Assembly: GCF_036588685.1 (NCBI RefSeq)
Contig: NC_086379.1
Coordinates: forward strand, 55,924,001 to 55,988,000
DNA: 64,000 bases
Direction of reading: 5' to 3'
Origin: Mytilus trossulus
Taxonomy: Eukaryota
In this document: positions 18,880 through 42,600 of the stretch, piece by piece
Layout: each line of letters begins with the position of its first letter
Numbering within the stretch: the stretch's first letter is position 1
Made by a program: the position numbers and the translations under genes
The notes under the pieces: generated by a model
What the model saw: the letters and a program-made list of their open reading frames with translations, nothing else
What the model was told of the DNA's origin: nothing
Databases searched by the model: none

Positions 18880-20237
18880 TTTACCATAAGGGTATGCATT
18901 TATAGCTTCCCATGTGGCCCCTATGGTGTTGTTCGTGCAAATAAAAATCCAGTAATAACTTAAAGTCCTATTCGGTGATGTCACTTTTAATGAGAATAGG
19001 ACGGGTTAGTGGTTATTATCCCTGGCTATCTTAATTTAAAAGTGGAATTTTCATATTTTTTCTAATAGCATATATTATTGTAGGTTTTCCCTACAAACAT
19101 ATCAAAGCGTCAAATTATCGATGCACTAATACAAATTAATACAGAATGTTACATATTTTAACGCTTTAAGAAAAGGCAATTGATATCAAAACATAATGAC
19201 AGTGGATATAATTTATAACCCATTTATCTAATGACATAAACTTAATTCATATCTTAAGTTATATTGATGAGTTAGTAAAATTTTAACTGAAAATAATCTT
19301 GCATATCAATTTAAAACTTGAAATTTTTAACCAAATTTTTAATACACGTTATACACAATACCCTCTCCAGTGCAATGTAATGAATAATAAGTATACTGTT
19401 TCCCCGCCAACAAATACACAAACAGGAAAAATAATGGCTAAACCTTGATATTTCTCCTTTTCACAAACAACACACCTGAAGTACATACATCTAACTTCTG
19501 ATGGAAGGTCATTAAAGAGTATACTTGACAGATAACCGTTTAATATGTCTTTAGAGTACCCGATGAAGTTTATATCAGTTTCGATTATACATTTTTAAAG
19601 GCGATTAAATGACATTTTCAATATTTCTTCGTATCTTAAATCGAAAAGATAATGAGGTAGACTTCTAACGTTGCATACAAAGCGTGTTTACGCATCTTGG
19701 CTTTCACATGTTGAGGTTGAGCGTTCCTGGTGAAGATACAAAAAAAAAGGCTTTGGACGCACGAAATATATAATTGTCAAGTCCATTCACTAACACTAGG
19801 CCAAATCCATTGCTGGTGGACTGTAATCCACAGCTCGTATCATCAGTTCAGTAGTTTGTACTTATACTTATTTCAAATCCTCCGTTCAAAATAAATAAAT
19901 AACCAACCTACTCCCTCAGGCAAAGTTGACATTAAATGACTTTGGTGGTTTTGTTCAGGTTCTTCTTTGTCAAATATATAGATCTTGAAGGCATGAGAGG
20001 GGTATATATGCCTTGAACACACACATTTAGTTACACTTCACTTTGAAATTTGGTTCAATGTTAATCATTTAAATTTTGGGGTCAATTTTCAGACCTTTGT
20101 ACTTAAAATGCAATCAATTTTTGATTGAGAGGAAACAGAGCCGGGTTACAACTGAAACCGAGGGAAACAAATCAACTATAAGAGGGGAAAAAAGGAACAA
20201 CAAGGAAACTGAAGTGCAACAAAATAAACGCCAATAT

Positions 20238-21607
20238 TACGGGGCGCCGAATGGGACTCTTGTGGTTTTGTACTCAAAATTCAATTTTGTACGGACAAAA
20301 GTGACTTTTGTTCAACAAAAATGAGTTCAGTTTAACAAAATTTGTATCATACTACAAATTTGAAATTTTGTCATACAAAATTATCTATCAGCGGACAAAA
20401 GTCACTTTTGTCATGACAAAATTCATTTTTGTTACACAGACTTGACTTTTGTTACCTAATTTGAAAATTGAGCGACAAAAGTCAATTTTGTATTTAAATT
20501 AGTTTAGTTTGGTTTCTGTGAACTGATTTGCATACAAAATCGACTTTTGTTACACAAAAATTACTTTTGTTACACAAAATTGACTTTTGTTACACAAAAT
20601 TGACTTTTGTTACACAAAATTGACTTTTGTTACACAAAATTGACTTTTGTGAGACAAAATTGACAAAATTGACTTTTGTCTCAACAAAATTGACAAAATT
20701 GAATTTTGTCTCAACAAAATTGACAAAATTGAATTTTGTCTCAACAAAATTAACAAAATTGAATTTTGTCTCAACAAAATTGACAAAATTGAATTTTGTC
20801 TCAACAAAATTGATTTTTGTCTCACGAAAGTCAATTTTGTCTCACGAAAGTCAATTTTGTCTCATAAAAGTCAATTTTGTTGTTACAAAATTGAATTTTG
20901 ACATCACAAAAATGAATTTTGTCGTCACAAAATTGACTTTTGTCTCAACAAAATTGACAAAATTGACAAAATTGACTTTTGTCTCAACAAAATTTACAAA
21001 ATTGACTTTTGTCTCAACAAAATTAACAAAATTGACTTTTGTCTCAACAAAAATGACAAAATTGAATTTTGTCTCAACAAAAATGACAAAATTGAATTTT
21101 GTCTCAACAAAAATGACAAAATTGAATTTTGTCTCACAAAAGTCAATTTTGTCTCACAAAAGTCAATTTTGTCTCACAAAAGTCAATTTTGTCTCACAAA
21201 AGTCAGTTTTGTCTCACAAAAGTCAATTTTGTCTCACAAAAGTCAATTTTGTCTCACAAAAGTTAATTTTGTTTCACAAAAGTCAATTTTGTCTCACAAA
21301 ATTGAATCTTACCGTACACAATTGACTTTTGTGATTTAATTTCCATATCAGGTAACAAAAGTCAATTTTGTATGCAAATATGTTTATATTTGCATACCTT
21401 TAAGACAAAATTGACTTTTGTCATGACAAATATGAATTTTGTCATGACAAAAATGAATTTTGTCTACACAAATGAATTTTGTCATCACAAAATTGAAGTT
21501 CTCACAAAACAAGTCTGTAGCACATAGTTTTGTAAGACAAAAATGATTTTGTTATGACAGAATTGAATTTTGTACAAAACCACAAGAGTCCCATTCGGCG
21601 CCCCGTA
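20238..21607. mobile_element. Foldback-type non-autonomous DNA transposon (TACGG...CCGTA termini, IS3EU-like) with internal palindromic tandem repeats
   Basis: Perfect 36-bp TIR TACGGGGCGCCGAATGGGACTCTTGTGGTTTTGTAC, AATAT duplicated on both flanks, interior built from ACAAAA-N5-TTTTGT units. Confidence 0.8.
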
Positions 21608-22324
21608 AATATACATTAAAAATAAACGAACTAATTGATAACAAGTACCATTTTTATAAACAAATGATAGTTTAATGGCTAGCCAAACCTCCTGCTTTAT
21701 GAAATATCGCTAAAATGACTACGTGACAAAAGTAGAACACAGACACATGCAAGAATATTCATCATAGAGAAACGCACAAACAAATGAGATTAACACGCAA
21801 ACCGCTGAACAACAACGAACATATTCCAACAAAAATAGATACCACAGGATATCACAAACAGTGACATTATTGGTTACTAGTAAGAGATAAAAAATATAAT
21901 AAAAGTCAGCGGCGGAATACTTGTATCTGAGCACACCATTATCGACTTGGTCCCAACTTAGCCTAGGAGTAATTTTCCATAAATTAAGGCAATCAGTTAC
22001 TGAAGAGAGATAAAAAAAATTATCAAAATGCCGATCATTTTGATCGAAAACAAACTTTGGTTTGGTGGATTGGTATTTTTTCAGGTAGTTCGTATTGAAA
22101 AGGCTCTAATTGTGCACCACTACTGGTCGACTTGTTTTGTATTCATATAAGTGAAAAATCATTCAGGACTTTTTCAAAGACAAAAAAATGAGCATCTTTT
22201 TTATGAGGAATGAACACCGTTAAACTACTGTTGCCTTTATTTCTAAAATACTTTGAACTATGCCTCACTTCTTTTACGATGACAAAACACTGATATCACA
22301 CATTTTGGATATTAGGTACTAGTA

Positions 22325-22820
22325 TTTGTGATTTCATTTTCTAAGTGTGAACTTTCTATTTCTATGTAACAACATTCCAGCCGAGCATGTATATGGAATA
22401 TATATTTCTTAGTTGAGACGACATTCATCTATGATCATTTAAAAGGAAAATGTTAAACCCGTGTCCCCAATAGTAAAGTTGATTGTTCCTTTGGCATTTT
22501 TACGGACGCCAGTTGGTTGATCTTTTTGGAATAACTTTCCCACAGATAATCTCGAATATGTTCCCATTGTTGTAAATACAATTCCGACTCCTGTCCATGA
22601 TTTGGAAATTATCAAATAAGATTCATCACCAAATGTGCACTACCTTGAGTAATACTATTGTCTCCAGTGGAACATAATTGACATATCCTTTCAAAACACC
22701 TGGTAAGGCCCTTTTTATGGGGTTGGTGTATCAAGTATTTTTCTTTGTCTTTACGTCGTTTTATACTTATGCGTTGTCCACTTATATGAGTTTAAAATGT
22801 CTACTTGGTATCTTCTGTCG
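22325..22820 (+). mobile_element. Older, degraded Penelope-like fragment of the same family as 16540-17830
   Basis: Colinear similarity: GTGAACTTTC...AACATTCCAG, TTTACGGACGCC, and tail CTTGGTATCTT. Confidence 0.55.
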
Positions 22821-23171
22821 GTTGACGTTGTTTATATATGACATATAACATGCATTTTGAAAACCTTATTTTCCCAAACGTTTTATTCAAGTTTTCTTGC
22901 ATCGAAGGTTTGATGTTCCAAGAACCAAATTTAAATGAAGTGTAACTAGATGTGTGTGTCCATAGCATATAACGCCCCTATCATGCCTTCAAGATCTATA
23001 ATGCGCAAAATGACATAAATATCGTGTTTTTCAGCACACCACAATGGTATTACATTCAATACAAAACAAAAAAGTACAATAAAATAATAAGATGTGATTA
23101 TATTGAATTGATATTCCAGTATTTATTGGTGTATTATAATTTAAAATATTATATTCATTTTGAAGTCGAGT

Positions 23172-34165
<10,994 letters not shown>

Positions 34166-36043
34166 TTAGAGAGCAAGACAACTGAGATCAACTATATCGA
34201 CACAAAAATTTGCAGCGCCATTGGTTTAATTCTCAAGACTTTATAATTAACTGAAAACGATTATCACCGCAATTATGGTAAGTAAAAATATGTATTTGTA
34301 TTTTGTTGACCCTCATGTTCACATATAGACTTTGAACCTTTCAGTCTGTCCTTTACGTGTATAACTTGTTGTAGTACATGTATACTGATAACCCTAATCT
34401 GTGTGGTTTTATGATTCGGCGTCTTTTTGTGACATCTTGTGCGGTAAGCGAATGTTTTTTTGTGGAGATGGTTGTTAATAAGTTACAGAAAGAAGCCCAG
34501 CTTTACCCTTAGTTATAGATCCCCTCGCACATCTTAGACGATTATTAAATGAATCTGTCATTATTTTTGATGATGTATTTATTACTACACTGCGCCATGT
34601 CACACATTGCTTTATAATGTTGATTTAGTACAGTAGCTCATCTGCCAAAAGTCAGTACAAAGTAACTAGACATTTTGCTTATCGTTATATTTGAATGTAT
34701 GAAGAATAGAGAGTGCGTCCATATACTACGAAATGTTGCACTCTGTTCTTACCGTCATAATCACCCTGGACGAATTTTCTTACTAAAATTTTCCATTTTC
34801 ACAAATTTTTACTACTGAATATAAACTTTGGAATTAAATATATGACTTAAGGAATATGTATATCAAATAATTGTGAATATGTATATCTCATGATATTTGT
34901 CCTTGACATATTGTAACAAGATTACATTCACACATTTCTTTTTTAAGTTCTCTTTTAAGTTGTTCATTCTACTCTTAAAAGTTCTGAAATAATAAATCCG
35001 ATTTGCTGAATTTATATATCTTATTATAAAATCATTCAAAGGACTTTACTTTTTGACACATCAATTCAATAAAGTTCATTTGGTCCGATTTAATCAGAAT
35101 ACCTTTCTGATACACGTTTGGTTACTATTAACTTACTGAACATTGATATTCCACCATGCGGGTAAATGGCAAAATCAATCGTGTACAATTCTGTATTTAT
35201 CATCTAGTCATTGTATTCGCACTTCTATCCAGTTTACAAACAGTTCTTGAACGTTTACATTTTCGTAATGTTGCTGGTTCTTTCAGTTACAGATATGTAT
35301 ACAGTGTATTATTAATTTGGTATGTTTCGGACTAATAACCTAAAAATATAAATGTTAGCAATTCATTGAGTATGTTTCTTGAATTTTTTCCGTGTTTAAA
35401 AAATTAGTCTTATTATGTTTTTCCAAAACCCTTGTTTGATCTTGTTTCCTCTTGAGCAAATTGTATACAATACTTTTGATTCGCGAAAAAGCGGGATAAC
35501 TCAAAAAGGAAAATGAACATAAATGAGTACATCGTACTTTCTTGTTACACAAGTTATAATGCACTTTTCTTAATAAATGTTTACTTATTTTTTTATGTCA
35601 TATGTGGTTTTTAGAATATCATATGCATTATCATCAGCACTAGAATTCTAAATACAATATATTACATGGTGTAATCTCGATAATTTCCCTCTAAAATTTT
35701 GACCATAGAATAACAGTAAGCCTGCTCAATCTTTATCTTTAATACTAGTAGATGTGTTAGTTAATGCCGTGTCATCCCTATTACGGAATTCATAAAATAT
35801 TGCACCTTCTCTTTTCCATTCTATGGTAATTTTCGGTAAATTGTCACTAAAATTGACTATAAAAACTCAAAAGAGTGTTTTATTGTCATATAAATTACGT
35901 GCATTTCGCTTAATAATTTCAACATATTTTGTACGACCTTTGCTGTTTTCATTTTACTATGTGTTAAGTTTTTCTGCACATGACATTTGATGTCTTTGTA
36001 TCCTCCGAATGATTTTTTAATCTTTGTTGGTATTTTCTTTATC

Positions 36044-37575
36044 TTTGTTTTGCCCATATGTTGGTATCTTGTGCATTTATGTTTTAGCAAGTGTTTGGAT
36101 CTCCTCACCTTTGTTTTGCCCATGTGTTGGTATCTTGTGCATCTATGTTTTACCAAGTGTTTGGATCTCCTCACCTTTGTTTTGTCCGTGTGTGGGTATC
36201 ATGTGCATCTATGATTTACCAAGTGTTTGGATCTCCTCACCTTTGTTTTACCCATGTGTTGGTATCTTGTGCATCTATGTTTTACCAAGTGTTTGGATCT
36301 CCTCACCTTTGTTTTGTCCATGTGTTGTTATCTTGTGCATCTATGTTTAACCAAGTGTTTGGATCTCCTCACCTCTATTTTGCCCATTTGTTGATATCTT
36401 GTGCATCTAAGTTTAACCAAGTGTTTGGATCTTCTCACATTTGTTTTGCCCGTGTGTTGTGTTGGTATCTTGTGCATCTATGTTCTACAAAGTGTTTGAA
36501 TCTCCTCATCTTTGTTTTGCCCATGTGTTGTTATCTTGTGCATCTATGTTTTACCAAGTGTTTGGATCTCCTCATCTTTGTTTTGCCCATGTGTTGTTAT
36601 CTTGTGCATCTTTGTTCTTCCAAGTGTTTGAATCTCCTCACCTTTGTTTTGCCCATGTGTTGGTATCTTGTACATCTTTATTTAACCAAGTGTTTGGATC
36701 TCCTCACCTTTGTTTTGTCTATGTGTTGTTATCTTGTGCATCTGTGGTTTACCAAGTGTTTGGATCTCCTCACCTTTGTTTTGCCCATGTGTTAGTATTT
36801 TGTGCATCTATGTTTTACCAAGTATTTGGATCTCCTCACCTTTGTTTTGTCCATGTGTTGTTATCTTGTGCATCTATGTTTAACCAAGTGTTTGGATCTA
36901 CTCACCTCTATTTTGCCCATTTGTTGATATCTTGTGCATCTATGTTTTACAATATGTTTGGATATCCTCACCTTTGTTTTGCCCATGTGTTGGTATCTTG
37001 TGCATCTTTGTTTTACCAAGTGTTTGGATCTCCTCACCTTTGTTTTGCCCATGTGTTGGTATATTGTGCATCTATGTTTAACCAAGTGTTTGGATCTCCT
37101 CACTTTTTTTTTGCCCATGTGTTGTTATCTTGTGCATCTATGTTTTACCAAGTGTTTAGATCTCCTCACCTTTGTTTTGCCCATGTGTTGGTATCTTGTG
37201 CATCTATGTTCTACAGAGTGTTTGGATCTCCTCACCTTTGTTTTGCCCATGTGTTGTTATCTTGTGCATCTATGTTTTATCAAGTGTTCTCACCTTTGTT
37301 TTGCCCATGTGTTGGTATCTTGTGCATCTATGTTTTACCAAGTGTTTGGATCTCCTCACCTTAGTTTTGCCCATGTGTTGGTATCTTGTGCATCTATGTT
37401 TTATCAAGTGTTCTCACCTTTGTTTTGCCCATGTGTTGGTATCTTGTGCATCCGATTTTTAACCAAGTGTTTTGATCTCCTCATCTTTGTTTTGCCCATG
37501 TGTTGTTATCTTGTGCCTCTATGTTTTACCAAGTGTTTTGATCTCCTCATCTTTGTTTTGACCATTTGGTGATAT
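36044..37575. repeat. 66-bp satellite (~23 copies), a dimer of related 34+32 bp subunits; degenerate relatives extend to ~38670
   Basis: Unit TTTGTTTTGCCCATGTGTTGGTATCTTGTGCATC-TATGTTTTACCAAGTGTTTGGATCTCCTCACC; 22-aa periodicity in the ORF track. Confidence 0.95.
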
Positions 37576-38112
37576 CTTCTATATTTTTGATTTCATCATG
37601 TATTGGGATCTTTTACATTTTTCTTTTAACCATTTTTTGAAATCTTCTATATTTTTGTTTTGACCATGTGTTGGGATCTTTTACATCTTTATTTTGGCCA
37701 TGTGTTTATATCTTCTACATTTTTGTTTGGCCATGGGTAATGGTTAATTTCTTCATCTATGTTTCATCATCTTTTGGTATCTGTTGCATAACATCCGATT
37801 GATTTCCCTTTTACATGATCATTGGACATATATTGTTACCCTTTGTACAATTTTGTATATTTTAACGATACTTTTGCAAGCTCTTATTTCTATGTCAGTT
37901 TGTTTTGTATCCTCTGCTTTCCCTTTGCATTTCATAAAGTGTTGCTATTTCATGACTTTTGTTTTTACTGAAGTGTTGCTTTTTCTGCATGACTTTTGTT
38001 TTTACATTTTATTTTGATAAATTGCTTGTATCATCTGTATGACCATTCAATGTTAATCAAATGTTGGCATTGCCTGTATGTCCTGTGCATTTTATAAAGC
38101 ACTGTTATCATA

Positions 38113-38329
38113 CCGTACAGCGGGTTATTTTCGCGGGGTGCAAATTTTCGCTTATTTTCGCGGATAGAACAAAATCGCCAAAATAAATTCCGCCAAATTA
38201 AAGGTGTACTAACAAAGGTATGAATTAAAGTTTTGAATCCGCCAAAATAATAACCGCCAAAATATTCCCTATACCTTGTTTAATGAAAATCGCGAAATTT
38301 TACACCCGCGAAAATAACCCGCTATACCT
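38113..38329. mobile_element. Tc1/mariner-like MITE
   Basis: Inverted ends AGCGGGTTATTTTCGCGGG / CCCGCGAAAATAACCCGCT with internal CCGCCAAA repeats. Confidence 0.7.
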
Positions 38330-38738
38330 GTTGTTATCATCTGTAGGATATATAGCTTTTGGTCTAAAGTTGAGAACTTCTTTTTTGGCTTTGATAAAGG
38401 TTTGATATTTCATGCCTGACCTTTCCTTTTGATCAAGTGCTGGTAATACCTGTATTACTTTGGCTTCTAATCAAGAGTTTGTATCTACTGCATGACCTTT
38501 CCATTTTATAAAGTGCTGGCATTACCTATATGACCTTCACTTTTGATGTAGTGTTGACATCTACTGCATGACCTTTGCATTTTATAAATAAATTGCATCA
38601 ACTGTGACGTTTGCATTTGATAAAGTGCTGGCATCATATATATAACCTTCGTCTTTGATCAAGTGATATTTACAAGGCTTACAGATGCGTGAACAAAACA
38701 AACAGAATCGGTAAAATAGTCAAAATATGGTTACATGG

Positions 38739-38890
38739 TTATCATTGTATTGTTTTAATTACATTGTCTTCTGTGTGTGTATCATTGTATTGTTTTAATT
38801 ACATTGTCTTCTGTTGTGTATCATTGTATTGTTTTAATTACATTTTCTTCTGTTTGTGTATTGGTGTGCTGTTATAATTACATTGTGTTC
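38739..38890. repeat. ~39-bp tandem repeat, 3-4 copies
   Basis: TATCATTGTATTGTTTTAATTACATTGTCTTCTGT repeated. Confidence 0.8.
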
Positions 38891-39620
38891 ATATTATTGA
38901 TAATGTGTTTGTATCTCCTACATGAAATTTGTCACAATGTCTTGGTCTTGAATTGTCAACTTGATTTTATATTTTCACCATGCATTGTTACACCTGTTTA
39001 GTATCTCCTGTAATTTTCCTCATGACCTGTTTTTAAATGTTTCATGGTCTTTCATGGTACCTTTTGTGTGACAATTATTTTAATGACCTGTATTCTATGG
39101 ATGTTAATCTTTATTTTGATCATGTATTGCTTTCTTTTCTATAACATTTCTTTATCCTGTCACCACATTTTCTATCTCTTCTATTGCAACTAGTTTGAAT
39201 GTTAAAAGAAATTTGATTTTTCTATGAAAAAATTACAATCAATTATTTTTTTTTAAGTTAAAAAGTTTTCTTCTAGGCTAAAAAAAACCAATGAAAGAAT
39301 TAATAAAAACAGGCTAATAAAACCATATAAAGTTTTTAATTAAACCCAAGTTCATATATATTACAAACACAATATTGCTATATTTCTATAAATGAGATTC
39401 CAATCAAAACAAAGATTCCAAGACTTAACAATGTATGAAAGCAGTATTCTCTAAAAACACTTGAGATTCAACAGCTAGCTGCCACACTGTCAGCAAGTTA
39501 ATATACTAACAATAAGTTAATTCCCAATTAATCAAATTAACCATTTATAACAATAAGGAGATTAATTCCCTTTAAGATAATAACAATAAGTCCATTTTAC
39601 AGCCCTATGAGGTACTTGTG

Positions 39621-42600
39621 TTAAACAGGGACTGGTTTGGCTCCTCCTGATGGTGGACATACAAAAAATGTAGCTTTGCCACTAAACTTTTTCTGAAAGA
39701 ACAAAAAATCTAGAATTTAACTACCGTAACATTATCTAAAAATCACTAGAAAATATATCCATCAATGTATGATTCAACTACTGTAAGTTCAGAAATCATT
39801 GGGAAGTTTTATTAATAAGATCTTGCATTATGACATCTGATACATGTATCTGTATGAAGCCTTTCCTGTGATCACAATAACTAATCTCTTATCTTGGTTG
39901 GTCATTTCAAAATTTAAATTATTAATGCTCACAATTATCTCTGAATTAACAGTATTAAACCTGTTATTTGTTATGTTTTGTCTTTTTCCACAATGATAAT
40001 ACGAGGCATAATTGAAACTTCATCCACATTTTAATTTTAAAAGTTTTGCTGTTTATATCAAAAAAATAATGTAGCTTGATGCTAATCTCACATCTTTTTA
40101 CTTACTTTAATATTGCTGTAAAACAAATTGAAATTTTACCTGTATATGTTCAATAGCATTATTGACAGCTGATTGCTTCACTAACGTAACTGTACAACCA
40201 CCAAATCCCCCTCCTGTCATTCTGGAACCATACACGCCATCTACTTCTAATGCTGCCGTTACTAACTCATCTAACTCGGCACACGACACTTCATAATCAT
40301 CTCTGTAATAGATACAAATGTTATCATTCCATCCCAATTACTTTTCACTTAAATCAAACCATAACATTTTAAGAAATATATTGATGAATGTATTGAATGA
40401 ACAGATGTGCCAAAGGGGAAATGGTTAATTGGTATTCTGTAAACCAACTTATTTTCACAAGCAATTTATTATCACGACTTTTACGATTAGAAAAATAATG
40501 TGAAGGTAAATTTACATTAATTTCTTGGACAGAAATCAAAAACTGCATGTGTCAACAAAATATATCTTTAACATAATGTTTGTTATAACATTTACATATC
40601 TGATTTGAATATTTATCTTTTCTAGACCTGTTCACTATGTTTCCAAGGCCTTGAATTAATTTACCAATTGTCAATTTTTCAGAAATCTATAATTTTTGGT
40701 TCATTTGGGATGTAAAAATCTGTGTTTTAAAATTTAAATCTTGACACATTATGTTCTTTTTACATGTTTTACCATCAAACTTGAACATTTTTTACCTTGA
40801 AACATTGAACTTAATAATATGGCTCTTATTGAATTTACTCCATTGAACCATTTGATTGTGTCAAATAAACCCATTTATTGCCAGAAAAACTTACAAATTA
40901 ATAGATACCACTATTACTAAAAAAAACTGCTAATTGTAATGGTGTACTGTGTGATTCTTCAGTTTTATAAGGATATTACTGTTTGGTTCTTTCTTAAAAA
41001 GTCTTACCGTAGAGAATTGTGACTTGCAACCATAAGTTGTCCAAACTTTTTATAATCTCCATTTTCAAGTGCATTTGCTGCTTCCTCTGTACGTGAAATT
41101 TCCCCTATCACATGTCGGACACGTTTAAATGTCTCTTCATCTAATTTGTCTTTGTTTTCTGTTGTAAAAAGATAATAGAATAAGGTTTGATGTAGTTTAG
41201 TAAATTTTGTATGAATTAAGGTGAACTGCATGCAGCTGAGATTTTACTATGATATTAGAAAAAATATTCCAATGCCAATACACGTATTACTATTAAAGTT
41301 GAATTGTTTAAAAAAAATATTTGATAAAATATCAAAACAAAATATCAAGAATAATGAAGAAATGTTTAAATCCTTTACCGTCCAAATCTTTTTCTGTTGC
41401 ATCACGAAGGCTTTTCTTTCCCATGGTCTTTGCAGACATTTCACACTGTCGTCTGCGAGTTGGATATTCTGATCCTGTCAACTGATGTTTCACATTGGAA
41501 TTTGTGACCAGAACAACAACACTGGAGTCTTTCATTGGAACAAGTTTGCTTTCTAATGACCTACAGAGCAAATTAAATCAAATGTTTATAGTAAATAATG
41601 ATTTTTTTTCTTCAAAAAACTAAATCTATAATTAACAAGAGTGCACACACTGAAATGTCTCGCCTTCTTTACTAATCATTGATATTATGTTGATAGTCCT
41701 AAGTATAAAGCTTTATTACAACTGTCACATAAACGTTACATTAACCAAGATAACTAAACAAAGACCAATGAACCATGAAAATGAGGTCAAGGTCAGATGA
41801 ACCATGCCAGGCTGACATGTACAGCTAAACAATGCTCCCACACATTAAATATAGTTAACCTATTACTTATAGTTGAATAAAAATAGACCAAAACACAAAA
41901 AATTAACACTGAGCAATGAACTGTGAAAATGAGGTCAAGGTCAAATAAAACCTGTGCGACTAATATAGAGATCATAAAATATTTCCATACACTTAATATA
42001 GTTGACCTATGGCTTATAGTATTTGATAAAAAGACCAAAACTGAAAAAATTAACTTTGACCACTGAACCATGAAAATGAGATCAAGGTCAGATGACATCT
42101 GTCTGCTAGACATGTTCACCTTACAATCATTCCATACAACAAATATAGTAGACCTATTGCTTAAAGTGTGAGAAAAACAGACCAAAACACAAAAACATCA
42201 ACTATAACCACTGAACCATGAAAATGAGGTCAAGGTCAGATGACACCTGCCAGTTGGACATGTACACCTTCAAGTCCTTCCATACAACGAATATACTAGC
42301 CCTATTGCTTATAGTATCTGAGATATGGACTTGACCACCAAAACTTAACCTTGTTCACTGAGCCATGAAATGAGGTCGAGGTCAAATGAAAACTGTCTGA
42401 CGGGCATGTGGACCTTGCAAGGTACGCACATACCAAATATATTAATCCTATTACTTATAATAAGAAAGATTTCAACATTACAAAAAATCTCAACTTTTTT
42501 TTCAAGTGGTCACTGAACCATGAAAATGAGGTCAAGGACATTGGACATGTGACTGTCGGAAACTTCGTAACATGAGGCATCTATATACAAAGTATGAAGC

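Noticed and set aside
20610-21325. 232-aa TKLTKLNFVS ORF and a CRISPR-like appearance
   Set aside because: Tandem repeat inside a TIR element; no unique spacers, no cas genes, eukaryotic context.
35857-37572. Long Cys/His-rich ORFs (up to 307 aa)
   Set aside because: By-products of a stop-poor 66-bp satellite: open in several frames on both strands, broken by indels, with no splice context.
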